Below, piece by piece: positions 55,426 through 64,000 of a stretch of 64,000 nucleotides of DNA. The DNA is from Candidatus Falkowbacteria bacterium RIFCSPLOWO2_12_FULL_45_13 (GTDB taxonomy: Bacteria; Patescibacteriota; Patescibacteriia; Patescibacteriales; GWC2-42-12), in contig MFFY01000061.1 in the NCBI GenBank assembly GCA_001778055.1, positions 515-64,514 on the forward strand. Reading direction: 5' to 3'. Under the pieces are notes generated by a model that saw nothing but the letters and a program-made list of their open reading frames with translations, was not told the origin of the DNA and ran no database searches. Every line of letters begins with the position of its first letter. Positions within the stretch are counted from its first letter, which is position 1. The position numbers and the translations under genes are program-made.

Positions 55426-55512
55426 GGGGATGTGTTGGAACTGGTAGACGAGAAGGTCTCAAAAACCTTTGGAAGCAATTCCGTGTGGGTTCGACTCCCA
55501 CCATCCCCACCA
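55426..55512 (+). tRNA. tRNA-Leu (anticodon CAA), class II with long variable arm
   Basis: Acceptor GGGGATG/CATCCCC, D arm TTG-GAACTGGTAGA-CGA, anticodon stem AAGGT/ACCTT with loop CTCAAAA, variable arm TGGAAGCAATTCCG, T arm GTGGG-TTCGACT-CCCAC, then A-CCA. 87 nt. Confidence 0.85.
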
Positions 55513-55636
55513 GCGATTTTTATATCACACTGTGTGTGTATGCTCTGAACGAGCAGGGCGGGCTGGCTTTCTTGGTCTGGTTTCGTTCAGGAGTTTCGGA
55601 TAAAATGAGTTCGAGCCAAACTGTAAAAACACACCA

Positions 55637-55680
55637 AGGAGGACCAAGCCCGGAAGAAGTTTGGTCTTTTTGGACCTTAA
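55637..55680 (+). promoter_or_regulatory. Conserved 45-nt leader element upstream of purD (AAGGAGGACCAAGCCCGGAAGAAGTTTGGTCTTTTTGGACCTTAA); terminator/antiterminator-like alternative hairpins
   Basis: Near-identical copy at 57201-57247 upstream of purB. GGACCAA/TTGGTCT stem followed by a T5 run, and a competing GGTC/GACC pairing. Confidence 0.5.
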
Positions 55681-55736
55681 AAAGATTTTAAAAAACGGTA
55701 AACTTAACCTAACAACAGACAAGAAAGGAACCAGCC

Positions 55737-57080
55737 ATGAACGAAAACGTACTATTGGTCGGCAACAGCGCCCGAGGGCACGCTATCGCGGAAGCGATAA
55801 TCAGGTCAAAGCCAACTCCGGTCTTGTTCGCCTACATGAAAGCCAACAACCCTGGAATAGCGGCCCTGGCGGATAAAGTCCAAATTGGCGGCTACGACGA
55901 TCTGAAAAAAATCACCGGTTTCGCCCGGAGTCAGGGCGCCAGTCTGGCCGTAATTGATTCGGAAGAGCCATTAAAAAACGGCGTGGCTGATGCCCTGGAA
56001 ATAGCCCGGATCCCGGTGGTCGGGCCCGGACAGCTAGAGACCCAACTGGAAACCTCAAAAGCTTTCACCAGGGAACTGATGAAGCAATATAACGTAGCCG
56101 GCAGTCCAAAATCAAAAACCTTTAGGACTATGGACGGCATCGAAGAATACCTGAAGGAAAATATGCCATGCGTTTTAAAGCCGGACGGACTGACCGGCGG
56201 CAAAGGCGTTATGGTCCAGGGCGAACACTTCAATACCGTGGATGAAGCATTGGGAATCTGCCTTGACATTCTGACGCATCGCCCGACGGTGGTGATTGAA
56301 GAAAAACTTGAAGGCGAGGAATTTTCTCTCCAATGTTTCTGCTCCGGCCTGATTGTTGTGCCCATGCCGCCGGTTCAAGATCACAAACGCCGACTGATTG
56401 GCGATCAGGGATTGAACACCGGTAGTATGGGTTCGTATTCCTGCCCTGACCATCTGTTGCCGTTCCTAACGCAGGATGATTTGAACCAGGCCGTGGACAT
56501 TCTGGAGCAGATCGTCCTGGTATTGTACTTAGAAACCGGCGGTTATTACAGGGGCATAATCTACGGCGGTTTCATGCTGACTGCCCCGGGGCTTAAACTA
56601 TTGGAGATCAACGCCCGCTTCGGCGATCCGGAAGCCATCAACGTCTTGTCGCTCCTGGAAACCGATTTCCTAGACATCTGCCGATCTATCACCTGCCCCA
56701 GAAACTATGGCAAGCTCAACCAACTGGACATTAGGTTCAAACCCCTGGCCACGGTGGTAAAATACGTGGTGCCGGTCAATTACGGCCTGCCCAAAAACCA
56801 GTATGTCCAAACAGCCTCTGATGTTATCCAACTCGACAACCCGGGAGAGGCCCGCCTTTATTATTCATCCGTTGCGAGCAAGCGGACCGTCATTCGCCTG
56901 ACCTCTTCCCGCGCCGTGGCGGTCCTGGGAACCGGTTCCGACCTGGCTGAAGCGGAAAGGATCGCCGAACAAGGGACTCGCGCCGTTATCGGAGCGGTGG
57001 ATCACCGTTCGGACATCGGCACGGCCGCGCTTATCGCCAAACGAGTGCGGCACATGGAGAAGTTAAAAAAAACAAAATAA
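55737..57080 (+). CDS. purD: Phosphoribosylamine--glycine ligase (GAR synthetase, ATP-grasp)
   Basis: 447 aa. N-terminal VLLVGNSARGHAIAEA, ATP-grasp core PCVLKPDGLTGGKGVMV, EEKLEGEEFSLQCF, and ARFGDPE. Confidence 0.8.
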   Translation: MNENVLLVGNSARGHAIAEAIIRSKPTPVLFAYMKANNPGIAALADKVQIGGYDDLKKITGFARSQGASLAVIDSEEPLKNGVADALEIARIPVVGPGQLETQLETSKAFTRELMKQYNVAGSPKSKTFRTMDGIEEYLKENMPCVLKPDGLTGGKGVMVQGEHFNTVDEALGICLDILTHRPTVVIEEKLEGEEFSLQCFCSGLIVVPMPPVQDHKRRLIGDQGLNTGSMGSYSCPDHLLPFLTQDDLNQAVDILEQIVLVLYLETGGYYRGIIYGGFMLTAPGLKLLEINARFGDPEAINVLSLLETDFLDICRSITCPRNYGKLNQLDIRFKPLATVVKYVVPVNYGLPKNQYVQTASDVIQLDNPGEARLYYSSVASKRTVIRLTSSRAVAVLGTGSDLAEAERIAEQGTRAVIGAVDHRSDIGTAALIAKRVRHMEKLKKTK

Positions 57081-57104
57081 TATCCCGTTTAAGGGATATA
57101 ATAG

Positions 57105-57157
57105 GGTTTCGATTTAGAACGTATTGCAATGCGTCCTACTGCCGAAACCCTTTTTTT
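57105..57157 (+). terminator. Rho-independent terminator after purD (gggtttcg ... cgaaaccc plus T7)
   Basis: 8-bp GC-rich stem followed by ttttttt. A second small hairpin, atcccgtttaagggat, lies just upstream. Confidence 0.7.
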
Positions 57158-57200
57158 GCTTGCCTTTTCCCAACCTTTGTACTAACATTTAATCAAACAT

Positions 57201-57247
57201 AAGGAGGACCAAGCCCGGAGTAGGTTTGGTCTTTTTGGACCTTAACA
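57201..57247 (+). promoter_or_regulatory. Second copy of the conserved pur leader element (AAGGAGGACCAAGCCCGGAGTAGGTTTGGTCTTTTTGGACCTTAA), upstream of purB
   Basis: Differs from copy 1 at only 3-4 loop positions. Located about 100-150 nt upstream of the purB start. Confidence 0.5.
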
Positions 57248-57350
57248 ATCCTACCAAAGGTTTTCGGGAGAAAAAACAAACCCCATACCAGGCTTGGTGT
57301 GGAGACAAACCAGACAACAACTATAACAAAAAAGAGAAAGCGAGAAAGTC

Positions 57351-58826
57351 ATGCATAAATTACTGGAAACAGTCATTAGCCAAAATCTGCCGACGGTGTC
57401 AAAACTGCCTGGCAGAAACCTGCAGATGCCGGGCGACCCCCGCTATCAGCCCGAGGCGCTTAAACCGTTCTTGGGCTACGACATGTGGGCTTCGTTCCTG
57501 ATAATCGTGGAATGGTTCTGGCTCATGACACTAGCGGAAATTGGCTTCATGCCGCGTAAAGAAACGGCCGGGTTAACCCGTGAGCGGCTGTTGAATCTGC
57601 TCGAGAACATTTCTACCACTGTTCAAGACGCCCGAGAATACGGCCGGGATGGACGAGCAGGAACTAACCACGACATCCTGGCCCTGTTGGAACTGATGAA
57701 ACGGTATTTGCCTAAGGCGCTGCATAAATACTTGCACCTGGGCGCGACCTCATACAACATCATCAATACGGCCTACGCCTTGATTTTAGCGCAAGTATTT
57801 CAACGGGTCTTTAAGCCGAAACTGCTGGTCGTGGATCAGGTTTGGCGGGACAAAATCAGCCAGTACGCCGAGGTTGTACAAGCAGGCCGGACTCATCTGC
57901 AAACTGCTCTGCCCGTAACCGTTGGCTTCTGGCTGGCCTGCCTGCATTATCAGTTTAGAAACTGCGTCCAAAACGCTTACTTTCTGTCCATGATTGTTCC
58001 GGGAAGTTTCAACGGCGCCGTGGGCACTTCAGCCGCGCTCCTGGCCATGCTCGGAAGAGACAAAGCCATAATGGCGCAAGAGACGCTGATGAAATACCTA
58101 GACTTGGAGAGAGCGGAGTATACTACACAAATTTCCCCGCCCCAGGATGCGGCCCGCTTCTACTTTGAGCTGTTGCTGCTGTCGGGGGTGCTGGGTAATT
58201 TGGGCGAGGATGTCCGCATCCTGCAGTCATCGGAGTTCGGCGAAATTGTCAGCGCCACCGAGGTTAATTCTTCTTCATCCACTATGGCTCATAAAAAGGC
58301 CAATCCGATCAAGGCGGAAAATAACTGCGGCATGCACGTCAATGTCATCGCCGAGGTCATGAAAGTAGCGCTGACGCTGACGAGCGACCTGCAAAGAGAT
58401 TTAAGGTGGTCCTGCGTTATGCGCAGTTTCAGCTCGGCCATGGTCTACGCTTACCAGCAGATCAGCACCACCGAGAGGCTGATTAAGTCGCTGGCCGTTG
58501 ACCCGCGTCGGGTCAAAACCAACTTCAGGAGAGAAGCCAAGCTGGTCGTGGCTGAACTCTTGCACTTGTGCTTGCAACGGCAGGGATATGCCGGTACGCA
58601 CGAACTGGTCAACAAAACCATCGTGCCGGCGGCTGCTGCTAAAGGTATCAGCCTGCCCTTAGCCATGCGGTATCACCTGCAATCTCATCCGGACAAAAAA
58701 CTCGAACAAGCCTGGCGGTTAACACCGGCAAGCTCGCTTGAGTTGCTCAAGCGCCCGGAAAAATACATCGGCCGGGCAATTGAATTGGCCAAAGCCGAAG
58801 CCAAAAACAAACTGGAAATGGAATAG
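57351..58826 (+). CDS. purB: Adenylosuccinate lyase (fumarate-lyase superfamily); the true start may be the internal MPGDPRYQ
   Basis: 491 aa. Fumarate-lyase signature SSSTMAHKKANP, N-terminal RYQPEAL pattern, GATSYNI motif. Confidence 0.8.
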   Translation: MHKLLETVISQNLPTVSKLPGRNLQMPGDPRYQPEALKPFLGYDMWASFLIIVEWFWLMTLAEIGFMPRKETAGLTRERLLNLLENISTTVQDAREYGRDGRAGTNHDILALLELMKRYLPKALHKYLHLGATSYNIINTAYALILAQVFQRVFKPKLLVVDQVWRDKISQYAEVVQAGRTHLQTALPVTVGFWLACLHYQFRNCVQNAYFLSMIVPGSFNGAVGTSAALLAMLGRDKAIMAQETLMKYLDLERAEYTTQISPPQDAARFYFELLLLSGVLGNLGEDVRILQSSEFGEIVSATEVNSSSSTMAHKKANPIKAENNCGMHVNVIAEVMKVALTLTSDLQRDLRWSCVMRSFSSAMVYAYQQISTTERLIKSLAVDPRRVKTNFRREAKLVVAELLHLCLQRQGYAGTHELVNKTIVPAAAAKGISLPLAMRYHLQSHPDKKLEQAWRLTPASSLELLKRPEKYIGRAIELAKAEAKNKLEME

Positions 58827-59118
58827 ATAACCTAAAACCGAACAACCCCGAACCGCCCCGCCGGGAATTAAAACCCCGGCGGGGTAAACCACAAACCAGG
58901 AAAGAAATAGGAGAAAACACAAAATGAACCAAAAAATGCTCCGCGCCCGAACTGCCAGCAGAGATCGTTCAAAAAACCAGCGAAAAATACCTGGAAGCGC
59001 TTAGACGCTTAAGCAAGGTACTGGCGAAATAGGCGGGGCTTACGCCAAGGCTAGATTTTAGAGAGTAAACAACACGCGGCCTCTCCATGATGGAGAAACT
59101 GCGGCGAGGAGGATTAAA

Positions 59119-59346
59119 ATGAGAGCGATATCAGGATTATGCAAATGCCAAGCCTGCCAGTCACAGTTTCCGCTAATCTGGGTTGCTCAAAGCAAGAACG
59201 GAGCTTGCCAGATTGGCGCCTTTAAGTTCTGCTGTCAGAAATGCGCGGAGCATTTTTTGGCAAACAATCTCTTGCCCAAACGGATGGGTAGAGATATTCA
59301 ATTTACCCTGGAGTTAAAAAAACTCCAGAACGGACCGCGACCGTAA
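59119..59346 (+). CDS. Hypothetical Cys-rich small protein (possible zinc-ribbon)
   Basis: 75 aa. Strong ribosome-binding site GAGGAGGA 7 nt upstream of the ATG. Cysteines arranged CKCQAC ... C ... CCQKC. Followed by a terminator. Confidence 0.4.
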   Translation: MRAISGLCKCQACQSQFPLIWVAQSKNGACQIGAFKFCCQKCAEHFLANNLLPKRMGRDIQFTLELKKLQNGPRP

Positions 59347-59379
59347 CTTAAGCTGAACTTTTAAAGGAGGACAACGCGA

Positions 59380-59415
59380 AAGGACACTTGTCTAGGCAAG
59401 TGTCCTTCTTTTTAT
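59380..59415 (+). terminator. Rho-independent terminator (aaggacacttg-tctaggc-caagtgtcctt plus T-run), bidirectional between convergent genes
   Basis: 11-bp perfect stem followed by cttttta. Confidence 0.7.
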
Positions 59416-61742
59416 TTACCTAAGGCCTTTATTTTGTTATTCACTTCTTCATTCCCCGGATTCAGTTCCAAAACTTTCTCTAAATATCTTAGCGCCTCCT
59501 TAATCTTTCCTTGAGCCTCATACGCTATGCCTAAGCTGTACAGGCTGTTAGAGTGCCGGGGTGAAACGGTTAGGGCCAGTTTGAACCGCTCGATAGCTTT
59601 GTCAATTTCACCGCGGTTATAATAATATCTGCCCAGTTCATAATAGACATCCGCCGTCGGGACCTGGCGCGCCAGCTCATTTAATAAACCTAGAGCCTGA
59701 TTGTCTTTTTTATTGTTTAGGTAGGTTTTGGCCAGCCAAAATTTAGCCTCATAATAATCGCTCTTCAGCGCCAAAGCGGTTTTAAAATATTCTTCCGCGT
59801 TAGCCGTCTCATTATGGTTAAAATACGCTTTGCCCAGCTCGGTGGCCAGGACCGGATTGGTCGGTTCAAGCTCAAAAGCTCGCGCGAAAGACCTGACCGC
59901 CCAAGGCTCGCTGCCGCTGGTTAACGGCCGGCTGTCGCGGTAGATCATGCCCATGGTTTCCTGGGCCAAAACCGAATGGGGCGCTAAAATTTGAGCTTGT
60001 TTGGCCATTTCTACGGCCTCCGTGATATTGGCTTTGATATTTAGATTATTTCTTTGCTCAATCGGCTTTAAAGCTTCGGCTCGGGCCTGATTTAAATAAA
60101 TTTCGGCTAAACTGATCCGATAATTATAACGGTAAGGGTTTAATTTAACCGCCGTCAGCAAATTGATTTCATCCTTGGGCTTGAGCGCGGCCATGATATC
60201 CGCGGCTAAAAATTTAACCTCAAAAGTCAAAAGAATCATCCAGCCAACGGTTAGCATAAGCAGGCCGGAAAAAAACGACCAATAAGATATCTTGCTGTTG
60301 CTTAAATCAATGATTTTTTCCTTAAACAAAGCCGGGTGGCGATTTTGCCAAAAAGCCATAACCAGGCTTAGGCCCAGCCAAAAAATAAAATTTAAAACCG
60401 TATTGGCGAGAAAAAAAAACTGGAAAAAAAATACTAAAATAAATATAGTAAAGAGAGCGGCGATTAAATTATAATCATCGCCGGCCAAAAAGTAGTTTTG
60501 GCTGGTAAAATGCTTTCTGATTAAAACGACAGTCAGATAGATTAGCAGACTAACCACCAAAAGATAGCTTAAAACCGTCAACAGCCCGCCGGTCGCCAGC
60601 ATTTCCAGAAGATGAGAACCGCTTTTATCAAACCTGATCTGCCAAAAAGGGCCATTATTTAATTCGGCCGGGCGATACCGTGAAAAGTCCGCCGCGTAAG
60701 TTCCCGGACCGCTACCCAGGGCCGGATTTTTAAAAACCGCCTCTTGGCTGACGTCCAAAGCCTGGCTGTAATCCAGCATGGCTTCTTGGGGAAATTCTCG
60801 GCCTAAAATTTTTTTAGCTAAATTTATGCCGTTAGGCTGCTCCGCCCGGCTGGAAACTGATTTCACGGGATGCGCGTTGGGCAGAGCCAGCATTAAAACG
60901 GCCAGCAGCATGAGCGCCAGCGGAAGCGATAAATAGTAATTCAATGTTTTTTTAAAATTATACCTTTGAGCCGGCTTACCAGCCGCGGCTTCGGCCTGGG
61001 CGGGCCGGCGGAATAAAATAATCAAACCAGCGCCGAGAAACAGCGAAATCCAGCTTAAAGAAAAATTAACCAGCGTTAAAACCATCAGGCAGATTATCAG
61101 GCCGGCGCGAAAAATAAAGCGGTCAAATTTATTCAAATAACCGCTAAGCAAAAAATCGGCCAGCGCCACTGCCACGACCGCCAGCAGAACCGCCAACGCC
61201 AAGAGCGAACTGCCGGCTAAATTAAGCGGCGGCCATGAAAAAGCCGAGCCTGCCTCGCCTAGGCTCGGACCGCCCAAGGCGGTGAATAAAAAAACGGCCG
61301 CTACCATGATTGAGGAATAAAGAAACAGTTTCCAAAGATCAATGATTTTTCTGGTACTGTCGGCCAGCTCGGCATTAACCATTAAAAAATAAAACAGCGC
61401 CAAACTAAATAGGCCGAACCAGGCGTCGGAAAATCTGCCGAAATAACCGAAAAATGACGAGAAGCGATCCAGGCTGAACCAGGATGAAACGGCGGTTAGC
61501 GATAAAAAAATCAATATCGGTAAATTTAAAGGGTTATTTTTAATCTTAATCTGTTTCCGCGCCGCCATTTTATAAAGCCCGATCATGGCGGCCGCGGGCA
61601 TCAAGAGCCATAGCAAAAACTGCTTAGCCAGCTCAAAGCCTTCGCTGGTCCAGGGTAAAAAAAATAAAGGCAGGAGGAAAATCACGCCCTTGATCAATAT
61701 TAAAATTGTTTTATCAAATTTGCCGGCAAAATTATCTGACAT
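59412..61742 (-). CDS. Polytopic membrane protein with C-terminal TPR repeats (O-antigen-ligase/Wzy_C-like membrane domain plus TPR)
   Basis: 776 aa. At least 10 predicted TM helices in the N-terminal 470 aa. The C-terminal ~250 aa contains several TPR-like 34-aa repeats (ALRYLEKVLELNPGN, AIERFKLALTVSP, AEEYFKTALALKSDY). Confidence 0.5.
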   Translation of the reverse strand: MSDNFAGKFDKTILILIKGVIFLLPLFFLPWTSEGFELAKQFLLWLLMPAAAMIGLYKMAARKQIKIKNNPLNLPILIFLSLTAVSSWFSLDRFSSFFGYFGRFSDAWFGLFSLALFYFLMVNAELADSTRKIIDLWKLFLYSSIMVAAVFLFTALGGPSLGEAGSAFSWPPLNLAGSSLLALAVLLAVVAVALADFLLSGYLNKFDRFIFRAGLIICLMVLTLVNFSLSWISLFLGAGLIILFRRPAQAEAAAGKPAQRYNFKKTLNYYLSLPLALMLLAVLMLALPNAHPVKSVSSRAEQPNGINLAKKILGREFPQEAMLDYSQALDVSQEAVFKNPALGSGPGTYAADFSRYRPAELNNGPFWQIRFDKSGSHLLEMLATGGLLTVLSYLLVVSLLIYLTVVLIRKHFTSQNYFLAGDDYNLIAALFTIFILVFFFQFFFLANTVLNFIFWLGLSLVMAFWQNRHPALFKEKIIDLSNSKISYWSFFSGLLMLTVGWMILLTFEVKFLAADIMAALKPKDEINLLTAVKLNPYRYNYRISLAEIYLNQARAEALKPIEQRNNLNIKANITEAVEMAKQAQILAPHSVLAQETMGMIYRDSRPLTSGSEPWAVRSFARAFELEPTNPVLATELGKAYFNHNETANAEEYFKTALALKSDYYEAKFWLAKTYLNNKKDNQALGLLNELARQVPTADVYYELGRYYYNRGEIDKAIERFKLALTVSPRHSNSLYSLGIAYEAQGKIKEALRYLEKVLELNPGNEEVNNKIKALGK

Positions 61743-61846
61743 TGATTTATGTCAAAACTCAAATGTTAAATGTTAAAACTAAATCTCAAATATAAAAACT
61801 ATCAACTTAATATTAGTTTTGACATTTAAGTTATAGTTTTGAGTTT

Positions 61847-62944
61847 TTAATTTTGAAACTTGAGATGATTAAAATTATCTTCCTGCCCTTCATTCACCAT
61901 TGCTTTTTTCCCGTTTTCGCGGCTGTTAAAAATATCCTTAATAAAAATAGCCGCCACCGTGGTGACGGGTATGGAAAGAATGGCGCCGACGACCCCGGCC
62001 AGCTTAAAGCCGGCCAGCATGGCTAAAATGCTGATAATCGGATTTAAGCCCACGGCCTTTTCCATGATTTTCGGGTAGAGAAAATTACCCTCAATAAACT
62101 GTATTATATAAAATAAAATAATCACAAAAATGGCTAAGAGCGGCGTTTGCGTGAAAGCGATAAACACCGCCGGCAATGAGCCTAAAATTGCCCCCATGTA
62201 GGGTATAAAAGAAAACAGGCCGACTAAAATCGCCAATAGCAAGGCGTAATTAACGTCTAAAATTAACAGTCCGATGTAGGTCATGATGGTTAAGGCCAAA
62301 CCCAATATCAGCTGGCCGCGGAGCCAATAGCCCATTTTTATTTGCGCGCGGCGGACTAATTGCATGATATAGGGCTGATGCCTGGCCGGCGCGATTGACC
62401 AGACTAGTTTTTTCAGGCAGTTTTCCTCCACCGCCAGATAAAAAGTCAAAACCAAAATCAAAATAAAAGAAAAAATTCCGCCGAAAATATTGGTGACCGT
62501 GAAAAAAATTCCTGAAGCCGTGCTGGAGAGATAGCTGGAAAGCAGATCCAATGACCCTTGAAATTTATCATAGACGCCGTATTTTGACGAATAATCTCTT
62601 AAATCGCTGAATTTTGAATAAATAGATTCAAAGTAGCGCGGGAAATTGTTTGACAAGTCGTTAATTTCTTTTATAATTATCGGGATAATCAGATACAAAA
62701 CCAGCCCCAGAACGGCCAAGATAACCAGATATAAAAATAATACGCTGACCGACCGCGGAATCTTCTTTTTCTTCAGCCAGTCCACCCAAGGGTCCAGGCC
62801 GCTGGCGATCACCAGGGCCACAAAAAAAAGTATCAAGATGTCGCTGACTAAAGACAGAAAATAAAACAAAATAAAAATCGCGATAACTTTAAAAATCGCG
62901 GCGCTAGAAATATTAATACTGATGGGCCGTTGATTAAGTTCCAT
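61847..62944 (-). CDS. AI-2E family transporter (UPF0118/PerM-like)
   Basis: 365 aa, 8-TM topology. Characteristic N-terminal IFKVIAIFILFYFL...FFVALVIASGLDPWVDWL and C-terminal Gly-rich TM segments. Confidence 0.8.
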   Translation of the reverse strand: MELNQRPISINISSAAIFKVIAIFILFYFLSLVSDILILFFVALVIASGLDPWVDWLKKKKIPRSVSVLFLYLVILAVLGLVLYLIIPIIIKEINDLSNNFPRYFESIYSKFSDLRDYSSKYGVYDKFQGSLDLLSSYLSSTASGIFFTVTNIFGGIFSFILILVLTFYLAVEENCLKKLVWSIAPARHQPYIMQLVRRAQIKMGYWLRGQLILGLALTIMTYIGLLILDVNYALLLAILVGLFSFIPYMGAILGSLPAVFIAFTQTPLLAIFVIILFYIIQFIEGNFLYPKIMEKAVGLNPIISILAMLAGFKLAGVVGAILSIPVTTVAAIFIKDIFNSRENGKKAMVNEGQEDNFNHLKFQN

Positions 62945-63040
62945 ATGTTTTTATTTTACCATATTTTACCCCCTTGATAAAGGGGCAAACCCTGGCCTTA
63001 ATCAAGCGCCAGGGCTAGAGCCGTCAGAGCCAACCAATCA

Positions 63041-63673
63041 TTAGGGTTTTTCTTCCATCAACTCCCCGATTACCACCAGCCGATTTTTTTTTGAAAAAAT
63101 CGGGTCGCAGGTATAGAGGGTTAAAGTCGGCTGGGCAGTCGGCTCTAAAATTGAAACTTCGCTGGCCGGCACGATTTTTGTCTCTTTGATCCGGTAATTA
63201 TAAATCTTATTTTTCCAGCTAAGCGAGACCAGGTCTCCGGTTATTAATTTATCAAGTAAATAAAAAGTTAAATTGTTGGGCGGCAGGTATTTAAAGCGGT
63301 GTCCGGTGATAACCGTATTGCCGCCATGATCCGGCGTGGAGCTTTCCGGTATTCTCCAGGCGCCTCGGCTTAAGCCAATTTCAGAATTTTTCGCCTCAAC
63401 AATCGGCGCGTTAACGCCGATTTTCGCGATCAGTAAACGGTTTAAGGAAATATTTTCTTCGGCCGCGGGCAAAGGGTTGGTAGGCGGTTCAGTTTGGCTG
63501 GCGGTTTTTTTTGGATCTGGCGCTTCGGCCGCGCCAGCCTGATTTAGCTGAAAATATTTATACTTCAGGGCCGGCCAAACAGGCATTATAATTAAATAAG
63601 CAGCCAGGCCAATAGCTAAAAGCTCCAGTATAAACACCAGAGCTTTTAAAATTTTATTATTATCTTTTAACAT
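63041..63673 (-). CDS. Sortase family transpeptidase (class E-like)
   Basis: 210 aa. N-terminal TM anchor, catalytic His (ITGHRF), and TLYTCDP (the TLxTC active-site Cys motif). Confidence 0.8.
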   Translation of the reverse strand: MLKDNNKILKALVFILELLAIGLAAYLIIMPVWPALKYKYFQLNQAGAAEAPDPKKTASQTEPPTNPLPAAEENISLNRLLIAKIGVNAPIVEAKNSEIGLSRGAWRIPESSTPDHGGNTVITGHRFKYLPPNNLTFYLLDKLITGDLVSLSWKNKIYNYRIKETKIVPASEVSILEPTAQPTLTLYTCDPIFSKKNRLVVIGELMEEKP

Positions 63674-63684
63674 CTTAAGCAGAT

Positions 63685-64000
63685 TTAGCGGTTTTTAAAA
63701 TAAATGTCCGCCCGCTGGTAAATAAATAAATCCTGGTTAAAAATTAAAGTTTTTTTCAGCCAGCAGCGATGTCGGCCATCGACTTTAAGGTATTTTATTT
63801 TTATAAAAGCGATTAAGCTTAATAAAATTAATAAAATTAAGATCAGGGCCATAAATTCTGAAGGTTTAAAGCCAGTATCAGCTAAAACTTTTCCGTTTGG
63901 CTTAGCGGCAACTTTTTGACCCAAAATCAGGCCGGTCGCGGGCTTGGTTATCTTATCGCCCAATACTTGCTCAACCGGCGTAATAGCAACCGCGCTGCCA
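63685..64000 (-). CDS. C-terminal fragment of a surface protein with LAXTG-type sorting signal (LADTG, then hydrophobic helix, then basic tail); the 5' end lies beyond the window
   Basis: ...KVLADTGFKPSEFMALILILLILLSLIAFIKIKYLK... immediately upstream of the sortase gene. The reading frame remains open to the window edge. Confidence 0.5.
   Translation of the reverse strand, partial: GSAVAITPVEQVLGDKITKPATGLILGQKVAAKPNGKVLADTGFKPSEFMALILILLILLSLIAFIKIKYLKVDGRHRCWLKKTLIFNQDLFIYQRADIYFKNR

Noticed and set aside
55248-55548. ORFs of 71-76 aa across the large palindrome and the tRNA-Leu region
   Set aside because: They span a palindromic repeat and a tRNA gene, so both-strand ORFs are expected by symmetry.
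57226-57501. TTG-initiated 91-aa ORF beginning inside the conserved pur leader (MVFLDL...), with a similar ORF at 55661
   Set aside because: It starts at TTG within the hairpin motif, overlaps the purB start in another frame, and its conservation between copies is explained by the DNA motif itself. A short leader peptide cannot be excluded but is not supported.

Overview
This window looks like a chromosomal segment from a small-genome bacterium, with genes on both strands. I would guess Patescibacteria/CPR-like, but that is inference from the gene content, a GFTLIELLVV-type pilin and AT-rich intergenic repeats, not a database result.

Most genes are housekeeping. They cover translation (lepA, tsf, rpsB, rpmE, prfA, prmC, rplY, thrS, cca), replication and repair (recJ, rarA, gyrB, dnaE, parA, parB) and the cell envelope (murJ, uppS, an ftsW/rodA-family gene, a type IV pilin, pilT, a sortase with an LAXTG substrate fragment, an AI-2E transporter). 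There is also a lower-glycolysis set (gap, pgk, two tandem gpmI paralogs, eno) with ackA.

A [FeFe]-hydrogenase catalytic subunit with a NuoF-like partner sits directly downstream of gap. purD and purB lie on the plus strand downstream of a tRNA-Leu gene. Three further tRNAs and a single-tnpA IS200/IS605 element are present, and there are no rRNA genes or CRISPR arrays.

The most unusual feature is the density of palindromic repeat families. At least three of them occur inside intact reading frames of conserved enzymes (iPGM, enolase, GAPDH, RarA, CCA enzyme, PrmC, GyrB), apparently as in-frame insertions, which resembles Rickettsia palindromic elements. There is also a three-copy ~170-190 bp MITE-like structured element, several promoter-proximal motif families, a ~185 bp near-perfect hairpin next to tRNA-Leu, a 45-nt leader motif shared by purD and purB, and a ~540 bp ORF-free GC-rich region with tRNA-like features that I could not classify.

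All coordinates for repeats and RNA elements are approximate, hand-derived boundaries.
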